Part shown: positions 11,751 to 24,923 of the stretch, one piece after another
How positions within the stretch are numbered: the stretch's first letter is position 1
Layout: each line of letters opens with the position of its first letter
NCBI GenBank assembly: GCA_030264375.1
Contig: JASCQW010000001.1
Location: 104,750,475 to 104,814,474 of the forward strand
Length of the DNA: 64,000 bases
Direction of reading: 5' to 3'
Origin: Carcharhinus longimanus
Taxonomy: Eukaryota
The notes under the pieces: model-generated
The model's input: the letters and a program-made list of their open reading frames with translations, nothing else
The model's database searches: none
Told to the model about the DNA's origin: nothing
Position numbers and translations under genes: made by a program

Positions 11751-14700
11751 TTCTTGTATTTCTTTGAGGTGATAACTGAGGGAGAGGATCCCAGGAGGGA
11801 CTAATTTCTTCAGCTTTATATAAAGCGCATGGGACTGAGATGGTTCTCATCTCATGTTGCTTGGTAGTTTGATACCGACTTCCATTTAAACTTGTTCTCC
11901 CTATCTTTCCTTGCCATTCATATCTGGTGTTCATTCATTAATTTCCAGGTGCCCAAAGGATTCAGAAGTAAATATAGTTTCTGAAAATGAAGAATAAGCA
12001 AATTGTTCCATCTATGCCTCTTGGTGTATCTGACTAATCAGCCTGTCAACTACGCTACCCTAGCCTGACAAACACCTGAATTCTGGTTCCTTACGTTAAA
12101 AAGACACTCCTATTGCATCTATTCTTGAAAAGTGCCATTCAAATTTCCCATTGCTTACATTCATTAGTCATTTTAACAAACCTTATTTTCCTTCCTTGAT
12201 CTTTTTGAGTTTTCTATCCATTACTTCAAAGTAGAAAATGCCAATTGTTATTGAAAGTTTTTCTTCATTCCTAATTTAAAAAAATATATAATTAAATTCT
12301 GTGGGGAGTAATTTGGTCAAAGTGACAAGTGTTAGAGGAAGAGTTGTTCTCATGCGACAATCATCCCTTCCCCCAGACACCACTGGTGAGTGAGTCTTGA
12401 CCTTACTCTCTGGAACTCCATTGACAACCCTTCCACCACTCCTTTTCTCTCTCCACATTTAAAACCTGATTGAAACTTATCTTCCTGACCAAGCCTTCAG
12501 TTACCACACTCATCTCTCTCTCAATTACTTACTCTTTTTCTATTCCTATTCTGCCCTCCCATCCTTTTGGATGTTTTGGGATGTTTTCCAGATTGAAAGA
12601 ATAAGTATTATTGCCAGCTGGTCTTATTGCTATAACAGACACCATGTGCCTCTATCTATACCACTGAATGATGGCGACCTGAGCCAAGCCATAGACATCA
12701 TGGGCTGAAAGAAAATGATCTGGGAGGCCAAACGTAAAGTAAAACAGGAAACTGAAAGAAAAACCTGGGTAAGACAAATAGAAGGGTACGACTGCTTGGC
12801 AATATTCCCGACCACCAGGGGCTTCAATGGCCTCCGATTCCCCTGGCATGGCCATGGCACCAGGTCACCATTGATGGGGGCCATGAGTGATTCTCATTCA
12901 CAAGATCTCTCACTGACAAGGGGGGAAAGCGTCCATGAGGCTAGAAATGACCATACTGGATGCGTTAATGTCATGTAGATGTTCATATTTAAATCAGCTT
13001 TGCACCCATGCTGGGAATGAAGCCAATCATGCCTGGAAAACCAGGGCCGAAAAGCTGGCTTTTCAGTGCTTTCCAGCTTGTTATGCCTATCGACTGGCAT
13101 AGCAGGCTGATAACATTTTACCCTTAGTCTCAAATGGGAGCATTTTGCTTGTAATCTCAAAATAAGAAGTAGGCCATTTAAGACTGCGGTGAGGAGAAAT
13201 TTCTTCGCTCAGAGTGAACCTTCAGAGCGCTGTGGAAGGTCAAGCGTGTTCAAGACAAAAAACAATAATTCAATAGTTTGAAAATTTGGAATGTCTAGTG
13301 ATCACAAATGAAGTTACAAAGATTCCACAAAAGAAAGGCTAACTTGTAGAGGTCATAATGTTGATTTTGAAAGTGTGCTTTAATAAAGACTAAAACTGTT
13401 GTTTCCTTAACCTCTTAGTTAATCTCATTACCAAACCTGGAGCATTTGTTCTAATCTATACTGTCTTTCTAACTATGGAATGGTGACTCATCACCCAATT
13501 AATGTTTGATTTGATAAATAATCTATTGATCTCCCAAAGGGTTCCTAATTCTGTAGTTTACTTGGTATTTTATATAGCCTTCAGGTCATTCTATTCCGTT
13601 TGAACATATACGTGAGAAAAATAGAGAGGATATTTTCAATATGATTTTTAGCATCAACACTGTCATCTTAATAGAGTCTGCGTTTTACACACACCCCATT
13701 TCATGCACCACAAGATGATTGCAAAGCTTTTTTGACTGTCTCTTGAGATATTAAGGAATAATTATTTCTGTTTGTAATTACTTATGACAATAATAAGGGT
13801 GTAAAAAAAGCCATTGTGATTAATCTTAGCCAGAGGGCACTCGAATTTCCAAATTAGAAACTGCACTCATTCAAAAGTCATATCAAGATTGGAAAAATGT
13901 TACATTTTTGAAAATAAAATCTTATAAATTTCTTAACAAGCACCCCCTCTTCAGCCACTTTTAGAACATCAGTAAATCTTGTCAATCTTTTCTCAGGTCC
14001 AATGTGATCATTTTTCTTATGTGAGAAAACAATTCTTCCAAATCAGCTTGCTTTTGACACCCTTCTGTTTCCGGCAACAGTATACTGGAAATATTTAATC
14101 CTTTTTTTTCCTGTTCTAATCCTCCATTTTATCCAAGAATTGAGGATTTGTTTAGAACAAAGTGGTGTACTGGAAACCCTTCAATGAAAATTTTATTTGC
14201 TATGCGTGTTTGTGGCACTGTGATCAAGTTCCCATTGAAGAAACAAACTACAATTTTATTCCCAATTCCTGCTGGATTTCAAAGTTAATGTGTGTGAAAC
14301 TGCAAGATTTGCTGTCACTTTCATGATGTTAGACTATAATGTCACCACTGACTGGAAGAAAATGTGACAGTTTTGTTTCAGACTGCAGAAGCTAATTTTG
14401 CATCGATACAAGAGTTTTGTTGTGTCTACATTTGAGCACTTTCTACTGTGGCACTTCTTTTACATTTTCTTTACCAACCATTCAATATTGCCCCACATAT
14501 CCTAAGGTTCTGTGATGATATGCATCACTTGGATATCATCCAAGTGATCATTCTTAAAACGGGAGGTGGAAAATGTGAGCAGCCAAATTTTAGCCACGGT
14601 TCTCCTGATCATCTGCCATAACTTTGGAGGAAGGTCCATAGACACTCCAGAGAAATGGAATAAGTGATATCTATCCTGTTCCTTCAAACTTTCTGTCAAA

Positions 14701-15499
14701 GTTTCAGTAGATAATTGTGAGAACTGTCACAGAAATTCTAAGTGAGTATTTAGACCACCACCCAGGACTAAACATCTTAAAACCAATCACATTCTCATCC
14801 AAATGTTCAGAAGGGCAGAACTTCCACTGCCAAGAAGGAAGTGCGTTCTGGTATAGGCTGGGAGGTTAAATGGCAGAAGAATGGATAGTGGGGTGGAAAG
14901 CTGCCATGATTCCTCTCAGTTCTGGGTTTTACAGAGCACATTTGTGATGAGCCAGTGATTTAAATATGCAAACAAAAAAGTAATTGTAGCTATTAGCTGT
15001 GCAGGCCTCATAGGGCCAACAAGGCAGGAGCACAGTGGGAGACGTGAATTGATTAAACTGATAAGCTGGAAAGCCATTAAGCAATGAAACTGCATAGCTG
15101 TTGCTCTGCCTATAGAAAAGGCTCGTGTTCACAGGACTTGCCCTGCTTTATAGGTGTTTTCTAACTTTGTGAATGTCATTTCACCTACCTTGGACTTCAC
15201 TTACCTTGACCTGGCCTTCTCTGCTGTCAGCTTTCACTGCAGCATGGGGGCAACCTTTCCTGCTGTGCTGTGGATCTCTGGTGAGGATCAAGAGGAGAAG
15301 CAACAGGAGCCACACCAATAGCAATGGTGACTGTCTTCTCCACAGTCAGATGTCATTTCATGGGCACAGGAATTGGATGCACATCTCCCGTTTAAAGGAA
15401 GTGATATTCCCAGCACAGGTATAGAGGCAAAGAATCAACTTCCTTAGAGAAAAATTGCCTGAGGTGTGTAAGCTGGCGGCCAGAATGTGGAGCATACAC

Positions 15500-16655
15500 T
15501 CAATTGCCTGTTGCATTTGGCTCCCTATGGAGGGGGACATCAATGCCATGATTCCCATGAGATATCATGGGAATCATGCCTGATATGGACCCTTCCGTTC
15601 TCTCTCCTACGGAGTACACCGTCTCTGGCAGTGGCATATTTCTCATTGCTGCTCCCCAAATTCCCTGTTTGTGGATGACCCCATCTGTATCCAGCTGAAC
15701 AAAGCTCGGACTGCTCTTCATTGTCCCTGTCTCCAGCAATTGCTCCTGCTTGTACATGATTTGTGTCTCGCCTTGTGACAACCTAGTTATCTCTACTCCA
15801 GTATCCACAGAGATGTATGTATCTGCGCTGTGGAAGATGTGCATGAATCATGTGACAGTGCATCCTCAGAATGCTTGTCCTGGATTCCATGGCCTCCTCC
15901 CACCTCTGCTCCTTCATTACCCCCGGAGGCCCTGTAGGAAATGAATTCAGAAGGGATTGCTGACATGGGTAAAGGGTATCAATTCTACATTGTGCATATC
16001 ACAGCATTTCAGTTCATGGCGACATCAATTCAGAATGAGTAGGTCTCAAGGTAATGTGTAGAGAGGAGAGAATGACAGCATTTGGGGAGGTGGGCAGCAA
16101 AGGTTGGGTGTGTGATGTCAATGAGATGAAGGTGAGTGTCAATGTAGGCTGTCCATATGGGATGTGAGGAGGGGCTTGAAAGACCTGAAATGAGTGGAGC
16201 CATAAGGTGTGTTGTTCTGAGGAGTGTTGTGCAGGAGAATTCCAGCTGCAAGAGACCACACTCCAGCTGCAAGAGACCACACTCCAGCTGCAAGAGACCA
16301 CACTCCAGCTGCAAGGGACCACACTCCAGCTGCAAAGGATCACACTCCAGCTGCAAAGGACCACACTCCAGCTACAAACGACCACACTCCAGCTGCAGAG
16401 ATGATACTCCAGTTGCAAGGAACCACATTCCTGCTGCTCACACCCTCAGTGACCTTCAGCCGTGCCAATTTGATTGAGGCAGCTGAAGTTTTCCTCTTTT
16501 CCGTGGGAAACAACATTTCTCCTCTGACCCTTGCCACCTCCCACCTTGTCTCCAGGAACGAATCAGGCATATGGGTGAGGGGGGTAGCCTTCCCATGTCT
16601 TCCCGGTACAATTTCTTCTTTTTCTGCCTTCACAGATAATACAGAATGCAGCCAT
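15500..16655 (-). pseudogene. Harbinger Myb/SANT-like DNA-binding protein remnant with introns
   Basis: DSFLETRWEVARVRGEMLFPTEKRKTSAASIKLARLKVTEGVSSRNVVPCNW fits the Myb/SANT-like helix pattern; a downstream exon follows the catttcctacag acceptor (about 15931). Confidence 0.65.
16241..16428. repeat. 21-bp minisatellite (tccagctgcaagagaccacac) x9
   Basis: Nine units read directly; the first three are identical and unit 8 is 20 bp. Confidence 0.97.
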
Positions 16656-17180
16656 TTTGTTACCTCCTGCGGTGGGGGCCCCTTTAAGTACAGGGCCTTT
16701 CTTTGGCTGGTGAAGGTTGCCATCATTCCTGCACTGTGTCATTGGTTGGGAAGGCCAGGGACAGAAGGTTAATGCTGTAGCTGATTTGAACAACCACGGC
16801 AAAGTCCATTCCTGAAAGTAACAGGTTCCTGACTCATTACCACAGGTCCTTACCACATGTGAGCCGGTTGTAATAAAATTGCACCCTTGATGTATGTACA
16901 TGTTAAGAGTCACTTACCAGCTGTGGCAGGAGCAGGGACCCTGCCTGATTTCCACCCCCCTCATTAGCTCTGAGACATTGAAGTGAATTGGAGCATTCTT
17001 ACCTATCCAGGAGCAAGTTCAGCTCAATTAAAGTGACTAAACATGACAGCTTCCTGGCCATTTAACTTATCCGTCATTACACTCACCAACTGATACATCC
17101 TCAAAGGATATTCTGAAATGGTAGAAATGCTTTTCATTTTGGTGTTTATATCAAGAAATAACCGCATTTGTTGAAGTAGT

Positions 17181-17428
17181 ACATAAGAACATAAGAAATA
17201 GGAGCAGGAGTAGGCCATCTGGCCCTTCGAGCCTGCCCCGCCATTCAATAAGATNNNNNNNNNNNNNNNNNNNNNNNNNNNNNNNNNNNNNNNNNNNNNN
17301 NNNNNNNNNNNNNNNNNNNNNNNNNNNNNNNNNNNNNNNNNNNNNNNNNNNNNNCGCTTCTTGAAAATATTTAGCGAGGCAGCCTCCACCACCTCAACGG
17401 GCAGAGAATTCCATAGATTCACCACCCT
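17181..17428 (-). mobile_element. CR1/HER1 LINE 3' end (gap inside)
   Basis: VVNLWNSLPVEVVEAASLNIFKK plus (cataagaa)n tail. Confidence 0.9.
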
Positions 17429-18079
17429 TTTGCAATATATTTATGGAAGTTATTGAGTTATGCAAAGAGAAGGAGATTTGTTGACTGATTCAACAACTTA
17501 TAGTTTTATAGTCTCAGACGTAGGGAGCTTGTGAATCTTCTGAAATTGAGAGTCATTAGTTTTCTTCTGAAAACATTCATAATTCTAGCAAAAAGAATTT
17601 TCATTATTTTAGTATAAATAATGTATCTAATAACATAGGAAAGTATGAAAGGGAAGGAAATCTTCAAGAGGTTTCACCACATATTGCATCTTTTGAACAG
17701 AAGGACCCTTTCAAAACTTTAATACATACACTGATCTTGTCTCTGAACAGGTTACATTGAGATTCAGGGCAGAACTTAATGAGCCCGAGAGAGGTGGCTT
17801 TGGAGATGGGGAATACAGAGAATATTTGAGCAAGTTGGATACTTGCTGATGTGTTCCTGCATCCAAGTACTTTTGCTGGAGCTGGGATCTAGGCAACAAA
17901 GACTACTGACTTAACAGTAGTCAATTTAGCACAAATAAATTGCAATTATTAAGGTGGACGTGACTGAGATAGATCTTGCGAACAGTGTGTGAGCCCTACA
18001 CTGCATCAGCAACCCAGCTGAACAGCAGGAAGCCATTGTCTAGAGAAATGGCTATCCTATCAGTGCTATAAAAAGGGAA

Positions 18080-18590
18080 GTTGCCATCAAGCATTGGTGA
18101 GGATCCCAAGTGGTGGGCACTCAGTATGGGAGTATTCTCCTTTTCCACTGGGGACATGGCATGGAAGATGTTACATGCAGCAATCCTATGCAGTCATAGG
18201 TTAAGATGGTTCATAGGCTCCTGTGTTTTCTGCGGCCTGGAAGAGTCCATGTTTAAAAAGGTTGTCAGAAGTTGCAGCCCCTTTCTGATGATTTGAGTCA
18301 AATTTTGGTTGCACCTGGTGCAGATGGTGGTGGGGTAGGAGGAGGACCTCCTTGTAAGCCTGCTCCTGGATCAGCCAAGTTGTCCACTAATAGGTCCAGG
18401 CAGTGGGCAGTCGAGGGGGTCATCAGCCAGACTATCTGCCTCTGTTTATGGCTATGTTTGCGCCTGGCATTCTTGGGGAGGGAGCACGTGATGTCCATTG
18501 GCATGCTTAAGGCCTTTGGTGACTGGTGGGCAAAACAAGGGGTTGGAGTGCATCATCAGCTCGGGAATATCATTATAATTTGAATAGTTA
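18080..18590 (+). mobile_element. Tx1-like LINE ORF2 C-terminus
   Basis: PKWWAL...GDMAWKMLHAAI...CVFCGLEESMF matches the zf-RVT-like CX2C...E motif. Confidence 0.75.
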
Positions 18591-20330
18591 AATTTCTTCT
18601 CAAAGTTATGTTTTAGTGACCCATGGGGGGCTCCTTTTCAGTTTATTTTTATTGACTCACTGGTTTATTCAAACAGCAAAAAGAGAGAGGTGGCTGAGGT
18701 GGTTCAATATAGCAGCAGGGACTTGTCAGTGATGTAATGTCAGTCTGGTATATCTGATGTTGAAAGTCTTGTGGGTGATAATTTAAGTGTGGCACCCAGA
18801 TATGGAGCCCATTCTTTGATGCTGTTTCCTCTTAATCAGCCTCCTCAATGGTTGGACCAGCTCCATGTAAGTGGAACAGCACAGTCATCGAATTCCACAG
18901 ATAGGTTGGCCAAGGGGCAGGAGGCAGAAGAAGGTGCAACCTCCATCAGAGGGCACATAGACAAAGGGTCAGCTATTGGTACCACAGAAGGCTGCACTAG
19001 TCAGGGTGGGTGATCACAGACATCTGTACAATTTTGGATGAGAATCTCAGACCTCAAGAAGCAGGTAGCCATCCAGGGCCTGCAGCAGTGAAGGTCACAG
19101 TTGAATTTATTTACATCCAGCTCCTTTAAGGCATTAGCTATGGGCATTTGTAGAATTTTGCACTTGGCTGCCCCTAAATGCACATTGGATGCAACTGGCG
19201 CCAGTTGTAAGGGCATCTGGCTACATCAAATTTTCCAGAAATACAGCCAATCAAGTTCAGCAGACTGTTTGATGTGCCTTAATGGCTGGATTCCCTCAGA
19301 TGCAAAAGATGGTAAACTGCACTCATGTGGCCATTAAAATGCCAATGAATTAAGTAGGATATTCATGAATAAAGTTTCTATTCTCTTAACATGCAGCTCA
19401 TTTGCAACCACTCCAAAAGATGACTATTTATGCCATGACTCCATTCATGTCTTCCATAAGTGGCAGTGATGTTAATGTATTTTGTGGTCACAGAGTGGAC
19501 CAAGGTACACAAGTCTCAGCTATTTAAGGAAATAAAGACTAAACAAAACGAACATTGGTCCTACAGGAAGTGAGTCTGGGAAATAAGTAATGGAAAATAA
19601 GGAGATGACAGATTAATTGAACAGGTATTGTGCATTGGTCTTGTATTGTAATACTCTGTCGGAAGTGAGGAAATGTTTCTTTGTGGAAGAAAGGTGGTGT
19701 TGGGATAATGTATGCATACCATAATGTAAAGGTGTTGGGCAGAGTAAGGGTTAATGTGGGACTGAAAAAAACACCCACAGTATGATGTATTGAGTCACAT
19801 GGTAAGAGACTCAGAGCTAATATGCTGGACATCCACCTGCTTGGTGAGTAGCTCCATGCATGACAGTAACCTGGGATCTGTAAATAGTGAAAGACTAACA
19901 ATATAAGGTTCACGTTAACCATACAAGTCTCCAGATCGCATCTTTGAGCCATCTAAAGAATCCTAATTACACCAACCTTCATTATCTGGTTGGCAAACTG
20001 GTGGAGGATATTCCCATCTGCTCTCCCAGTTTACCACCCCCCTTCAAGCAGTGAAGGTGAGAATTACCCTTGCTGCATCTATGGTGTATACTAGTAACAC
20101 TTCTGTAATATTTGCAATGAAAGCAGATAGTTTAAATGCCACCTTGTTATCTATGCTAAGGTACCATGGCCAGTAATTTCCATATATCGTTACTCTGGAT
20201 TTCCGACTCTGCAGTTGTTATGTTTGCGGATTCGGAGCCCACAAATGTATATTTCGTAAACTTGGAGTATTTATACCTTTCTTTTACTGTGTGAGCAGGG
20301 ATGAGCCATAAATGTGTATGAGATGACAAT

Positions 20331-20437
20331 GGCTGGAATTCCACAGAATTGGTGCGGGTGAGGGTCCAACTAAAATCTCCATTGACCTCAGGCAGGAGTA
20401 TCTGGTCTCGGCCGAGCAAAGCCGTAAAATCCTGAAC
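20331..20437. mobile_element. Harbinger-type MITE
   Basis: ggctggaatt...ccattgacctcaggcagg...gtaaaatcctgaac; flanks AAT/CAT. Confidence 0.7.
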
Positions 20438-21469
20438 CATGTGTTATGCCATAAGTATGATTGTATTAATGCCCTCTGTAGTACGCACCCAGAACCAAAA
20501 TTGTCATGTAGCTACACTAAACTGTCTTTTATTAATTTAGAAATGAATGCCTCAGAATCGGTCTGCACTGATCTGGTTTGAGATAAAGTCACATTGCAAT
20601 GAGAGATAGTGCTTAAACCGTTTTCAGAGCCATTTCTTTGGTCTGGTCTCAAAATGTCACACAGCTTTTCTATAAAAATGATAGCAAATGAATCTTAGCC
20701 TCATAGGCTTCTGTGTCAATTGATTTTTAAATATACAGGAAAATTATTTTAAATGAATCCTTGTTTTTTTCTTGGAATTAAATCTTCAACAAAAGCAAAT
20801 TAATATCATGGTACTGGCAAGCATTGCTTTTAGTTAGTAGGGACTTGAAGGAGAGTCAGTAGTAAAGTTTACCCTGTAGCACTGCCCAATTACCCTCAGA
20901 GGATGCTAATACTGCCAGCTCATATAAAATTAATACAATCACAGCTCTACAATTGTTTTTATTTAATAGTAAGCCTGAGACAATGTTTGGCAATGAAGAT
21001 ATTGTTACTGGCATAAGTACAGGAAAACAATTTGTGCAAAGGTTAATCAAGGTTAAAAGACAGTGTTACAGCAATCTATACTTTTCTGATTAAGCATAAT
21101 CTGCCAGAAGTGCCTTTGTAAATGGGAAACCAACGTGTAGGTGGACATGGATCATGTTACTCACCTCATGCCTGATCTTATCANNNNNNNNNNNNNNNNN
21201 NNNNNNNNNNNNNNNNNNNNNNNNNNNNNNNNNNNNNNNNNNNNNNNNNNNNNNNNNNNNNNNNNNNNNNNNNNNNNNNNNNNAAACAGAGCAACTGATC
21301 TTAGTTGGAATGTGGTGAAAATGTAAATATTGGACAAAATGGAGTGTGTGCCTCTAGGGAATTCCTCCAATTTTCCTTCATTTACTCCATTGGGTGATCC
21401 ATAAAGGTGCCAGCTAGGAAAATCTGTCCTTTGGAGGTTGTATTTGTTCCAAGCCACCCAAGAAGATCA

Positions 21470-22715
21470 AGGTGAGACTTCAGCCCACACTACAAATCTA
21501 CCATGATGTTGATTCACTTTCTTCCCTGGAGCCTGTTCAACTTGCAAGACACGTTCCAACCGGGACCTCTGCCACATGGAAGGAGCTTCTAACACTGGAG
21601 AGGGAAACTTGCCTAGTGCTGTAGAGGTGCACGCCAACACAGCACAAAAAGCTGCAGTTAAGTGTGAAGAAGATTAATTAAAAAGAGATATTCAGTATTC
21701 TGCATGTGTTACAGTACCTCTAAATATAGGTATTGGGGGTCAAAAGAGATGGGATGAAACCTCCCACATATCAGAAATGGACATACTTAGTCAATATAGC
21801 CTTACCCATGACCTTCCAGGCCATTCCCAAGGGTGTAGTGGGGCAGTAGGTGGCAGCTTTTGTTGCAGTTGGCACTATTGACAATGCTTGACTGGCTTTT
21901 CAAGATCTTGACATTGAAGATTATTGATAGTCCTTCCTTCTCAATTTGTGAATACCATCTTTCAACCACTGACAGGATTCTTTACACAAAACCTATCGGC
22001 CCTTTAGAGCCACCTTCCACGTCTTGGAACAATACAGCTCCAATGCCATAAGGAGAGGGTGACAGGTCAATATTAAATCTTTAGATGAGCCCAAGTGTGC
22101 TCACAGAGTTGAGGAAGCAGCAATTGCTTTACTCTGTTGAAAGCCTCCTCCTGGGAAGCCTTCCAAGATAAACAATGGTGTTTCTTTAGCAAAGTATGCA
22201 AGGAGGATAGTACATTCAATAAGTTGGGTAAATATTGTCCACAGTAGTTTACTGTTCCCAAAACAATTTGGTCATTTTTGTGGGGGGACAGCTTTCTTCA
22301 TCACCTTGTCCTTTTCTTCCATGGGGTGTCATCCTTGTGTATCTACATGATGCCCCAAGAAAGTCACCTCGATGGTTTGAAGGCAGACTCCAGCCTCCTC
22401 AAACCTCTTCAACACCTCTTCTAATTTTGCTAGACGCTCAGCCTCTGTTGATCCAGTCATAAGGACAATGTCAAGGTACACAACAATGTGTGGTGGCCGC
22501 TGTAGTTGACTCTGCATTGTCCTTTGAAATATTATGCATGCCAAAGGAATGCCAAAAGACAGGCACATATGCTAGAATAAGCCTCTGTATGTGTTAATTG
22601 TGACGTACCTTCAGGAAATGTTATCTAATTCGGTTACAGGTAGGTGTTACTCATATCCAGCTTTGTGTAAGATTGACCTTCTGCTAACTTTGCATAAAGA
22701 TCTTTAATTCTCACT
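21470..22715 (-). mobile_element. Gypsy LTR retrotransposon pol remnant (RT, RNase H, integrase start)
   Basis: LSFGIPLACIIFQRTM...VVYLDIVLMTG (YLDD), GTVNYCGQYLPNL, LPPTAPLHPWEWPG. Confidence 0.9.
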
Positions 22716-23368
22716 GTACTGAGTAATGGTCATGTGGTCTGAACAGCCAATCAATACCTAGAACAGGGATTCTCTCTAGGGGGAGGAGATTTCCTAGTTA
22801 GAAAGAATGTATAATGGAGCAGTTCGAAGGATTTAGGAGATGAAGCTGCTTTGTAAAGAAAGCTTGTTCAGCTTAAGTAGCCTCTGGGAGTACATCTTTG
22901 CACGTTACTTAGGCATGCACCACTATTCCAGGGTGAAGGGTGTTTCCTCCCCCCAACCCTCCCCTTCCCACCAGCCCATGTACTCCAGAAGACCCAGAAT
23001 GTCAGGGGTAGAGTGAATAAAAAGTGAAAATAATTGGGCTGGTTATGGGGCTCCAGCTTTCTGCCAAAACGTACATGTGGTGGGCCAGTCATATACAACC
23101 TAAGGCACTCCCTGCTGGGGTGAGGGCCAGATAATTTCAGTTTGGGGTGGAGACAATGCAATACAGCTCTCTGCCTGATTTTTTTTCCACTGTTTCTGCT
23201 GCTATACTTCCCGGATTTGAGGGATATAATAGAAGGAAGTACAGCCTTCACCATTAGCAGTACATAGCCTGCTGCAGCTATATCCTAGACCATTATAATT
23301 TAGTGCTAGAAAGCACATTAATGGAAGCATTAGTTTCTCTTACTTTGCAGTAGCAAAAGTATCCTATT

Positions 23369-24669
23369 GGGTCCAATTTTACCATTGCGTCGTGCCTGTT
23401 TCTGGGTGCGAAAACATGATAAAATTGGGCATGNNNNNNNNNNNNNNNNNNNNNNNNNNNNNNNNNNNNNNNNNNNNNNNNNNNNNNNNNNNNNNNNNNN
23501 NNNNNNNNNNNNNNNNNNNNNNNNNNNNNNNNNNNNNNNNNNNNNNNNNNNNNNNNNNNNNNNNNNATCATTTTCTGATGGGAGGGAGGGGAGGAGGAGG
23601 TGGGTCAGATGTATCCTATGTTGGGGGGTGGGGAGGGAGGAGGGAGGCCAGATCATTGTCTGGCTGGGGTTGGGGGAAGGGAGGAGTGAGGCCAGATCGT
23701 TGACTGGGGTGAGGGGGGAGGGAGGGGGACGATAGGAGGGAGGCCCGATCATTGTCTGGTGGGGGTGGGGGAGGGCCCGATCTTTCTCTTGGGGGGGGGG
23801 AAGAGTTAATTCTACCCATTTACATTTCTAATTCTGATCATTCCAGTTATAGATGCCATTTAGATTATATTTCACTTGCCATGAATGTTGTTTCTTTCCC
23901 CCCAACACCAGCAAGTTCAGAAGAAGTAGAAATGATCTTATTACCATTTCCCAAATTATCTTCTAAACTTGGAAATGCAGCTCTTAGAATTTACTGCAAG
24001 TTGGCTCTTGCTAAACACAATTGCAAAGGTTGTTGAATCAAGCAGCGGTTATCTGTACACACACCTATATGTTCCATTACACAGCTTCAATAAAGGCCTG
24101 GATATGTACCTTGGTGGATTTTGCAAGTACAGGCAGAAGAGAGGAGGGATTCCACAGCTACAGTAGTGCATGTGCACTAAATGAGTGAAACTGTCAAAGT
24201 ACTCAGCTGTGAGTATGTGAAATATATTGGCAGGGAGGCCAGATGGATCTCTGGTTTGGGACAGGGTGGGTAGGGACAGGCACAGGGGCAGAGGGTGTCT
24301 GCTGACACTCTACGGGTGATCAAGGGAGGGAAAGGGGGGCAGGGGGTAATGATCAGTCTGGATAGCAAGGGGGGCTGGGTGGATAAGGGGAAAAGTTATG
24401 TTGTAGGGGTGGGGGTGATGTGTGTGGGGACCATTGCTCCCACTTTTTGCTTCCGAGCCGCTTTATCCGTTTTTTGCGCGATTTTCAATTTTTTTCCTAA
24501 TGTGCAGTTCAGAGCTCCGATCGCTCTAAACCCCACCCACAGCGCAATTCGGACCCGCATTTTTTTTTCAGGTTAAGTGTGTATTGGGGTGCCTGAAAGC
24601 GGATTTCCAAGTCGGATCTGAATTACGCTCAGATTCAGCACTTAGAGTGAAAATGGTAAAATCAGGCCC
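23369..24669. mobile_element. Non-autonomous Harbinger-like element, 1.3 kb, ATT TSD
   Basis: TIRs gggtccaattttaccatt / aatggtaaaatcaggccc; ATT at 23366-23368 and 24670-24672; GC-rich subrepeats gggaggccagatc. Confidence 0.8.
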
Positions 24670-24751
24670 ATTGATTTCAATTCTAAATCCTGTCTGAGTT
24701 TTGTGCACTTCCACAGCTCATCTGATTATTTTTCAATCATTACTACCTTTC

Positions 24752-24923
24752 AAGTCCAAAAATGTGCAGGTTAGATGGATTGGCCATGCTAAATTGCCNN
24801 NNNNNNNNATGTATGGGGTTATGTGAATAGGGCCTTGATGGGATTGTGGTTGGTGAAGACTCGATGGGCTGAATGGCCTCCTTCTGCACTGTAGGGATTC
24901 TAATGATTCTATACTATGATTCT
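24752..24923 (+). mobile_element. HE1/V-SINE 3' half
   Basis: gtgcaggttagatggattggccatgctaaattgcc core and ttctatg-like tail. Confidence 0.85.

Larger units (their letters stand above)
14813..16886. mobile_element. Internally deleted Harbinger transposon (transposase 5' stub on +, Myb/SANT gene on -)
   Basis: TIR-like ends gggcagaact.../...aaaattgcaccc; + strand 15244-15450 resembles the transposase N-terminus (cacaggtatagaggcaaagaatcaacttcctt, similar to HRVYRQRINFL); convergent Myb-like remnant. Confidence 0.6.

Noticed and set aside
16241-16428. Regular short repeats suggesting a CRISPR array or a repeat protein
   Set aside because: The units are contiguous with no unique spacers, the context is eukaryotic, and the overlapping ORFs on both strands are by-products of the 21-bp period.
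19494-19569. ag...gtgagt-bounded open segment WTKVHKSQLFKEIKTKQNEHWSYR
   Set aside because: It is short, has a weak pyrimidine tract, lies in what looks like a highly decayed Harbinger region, and is expected by chance.
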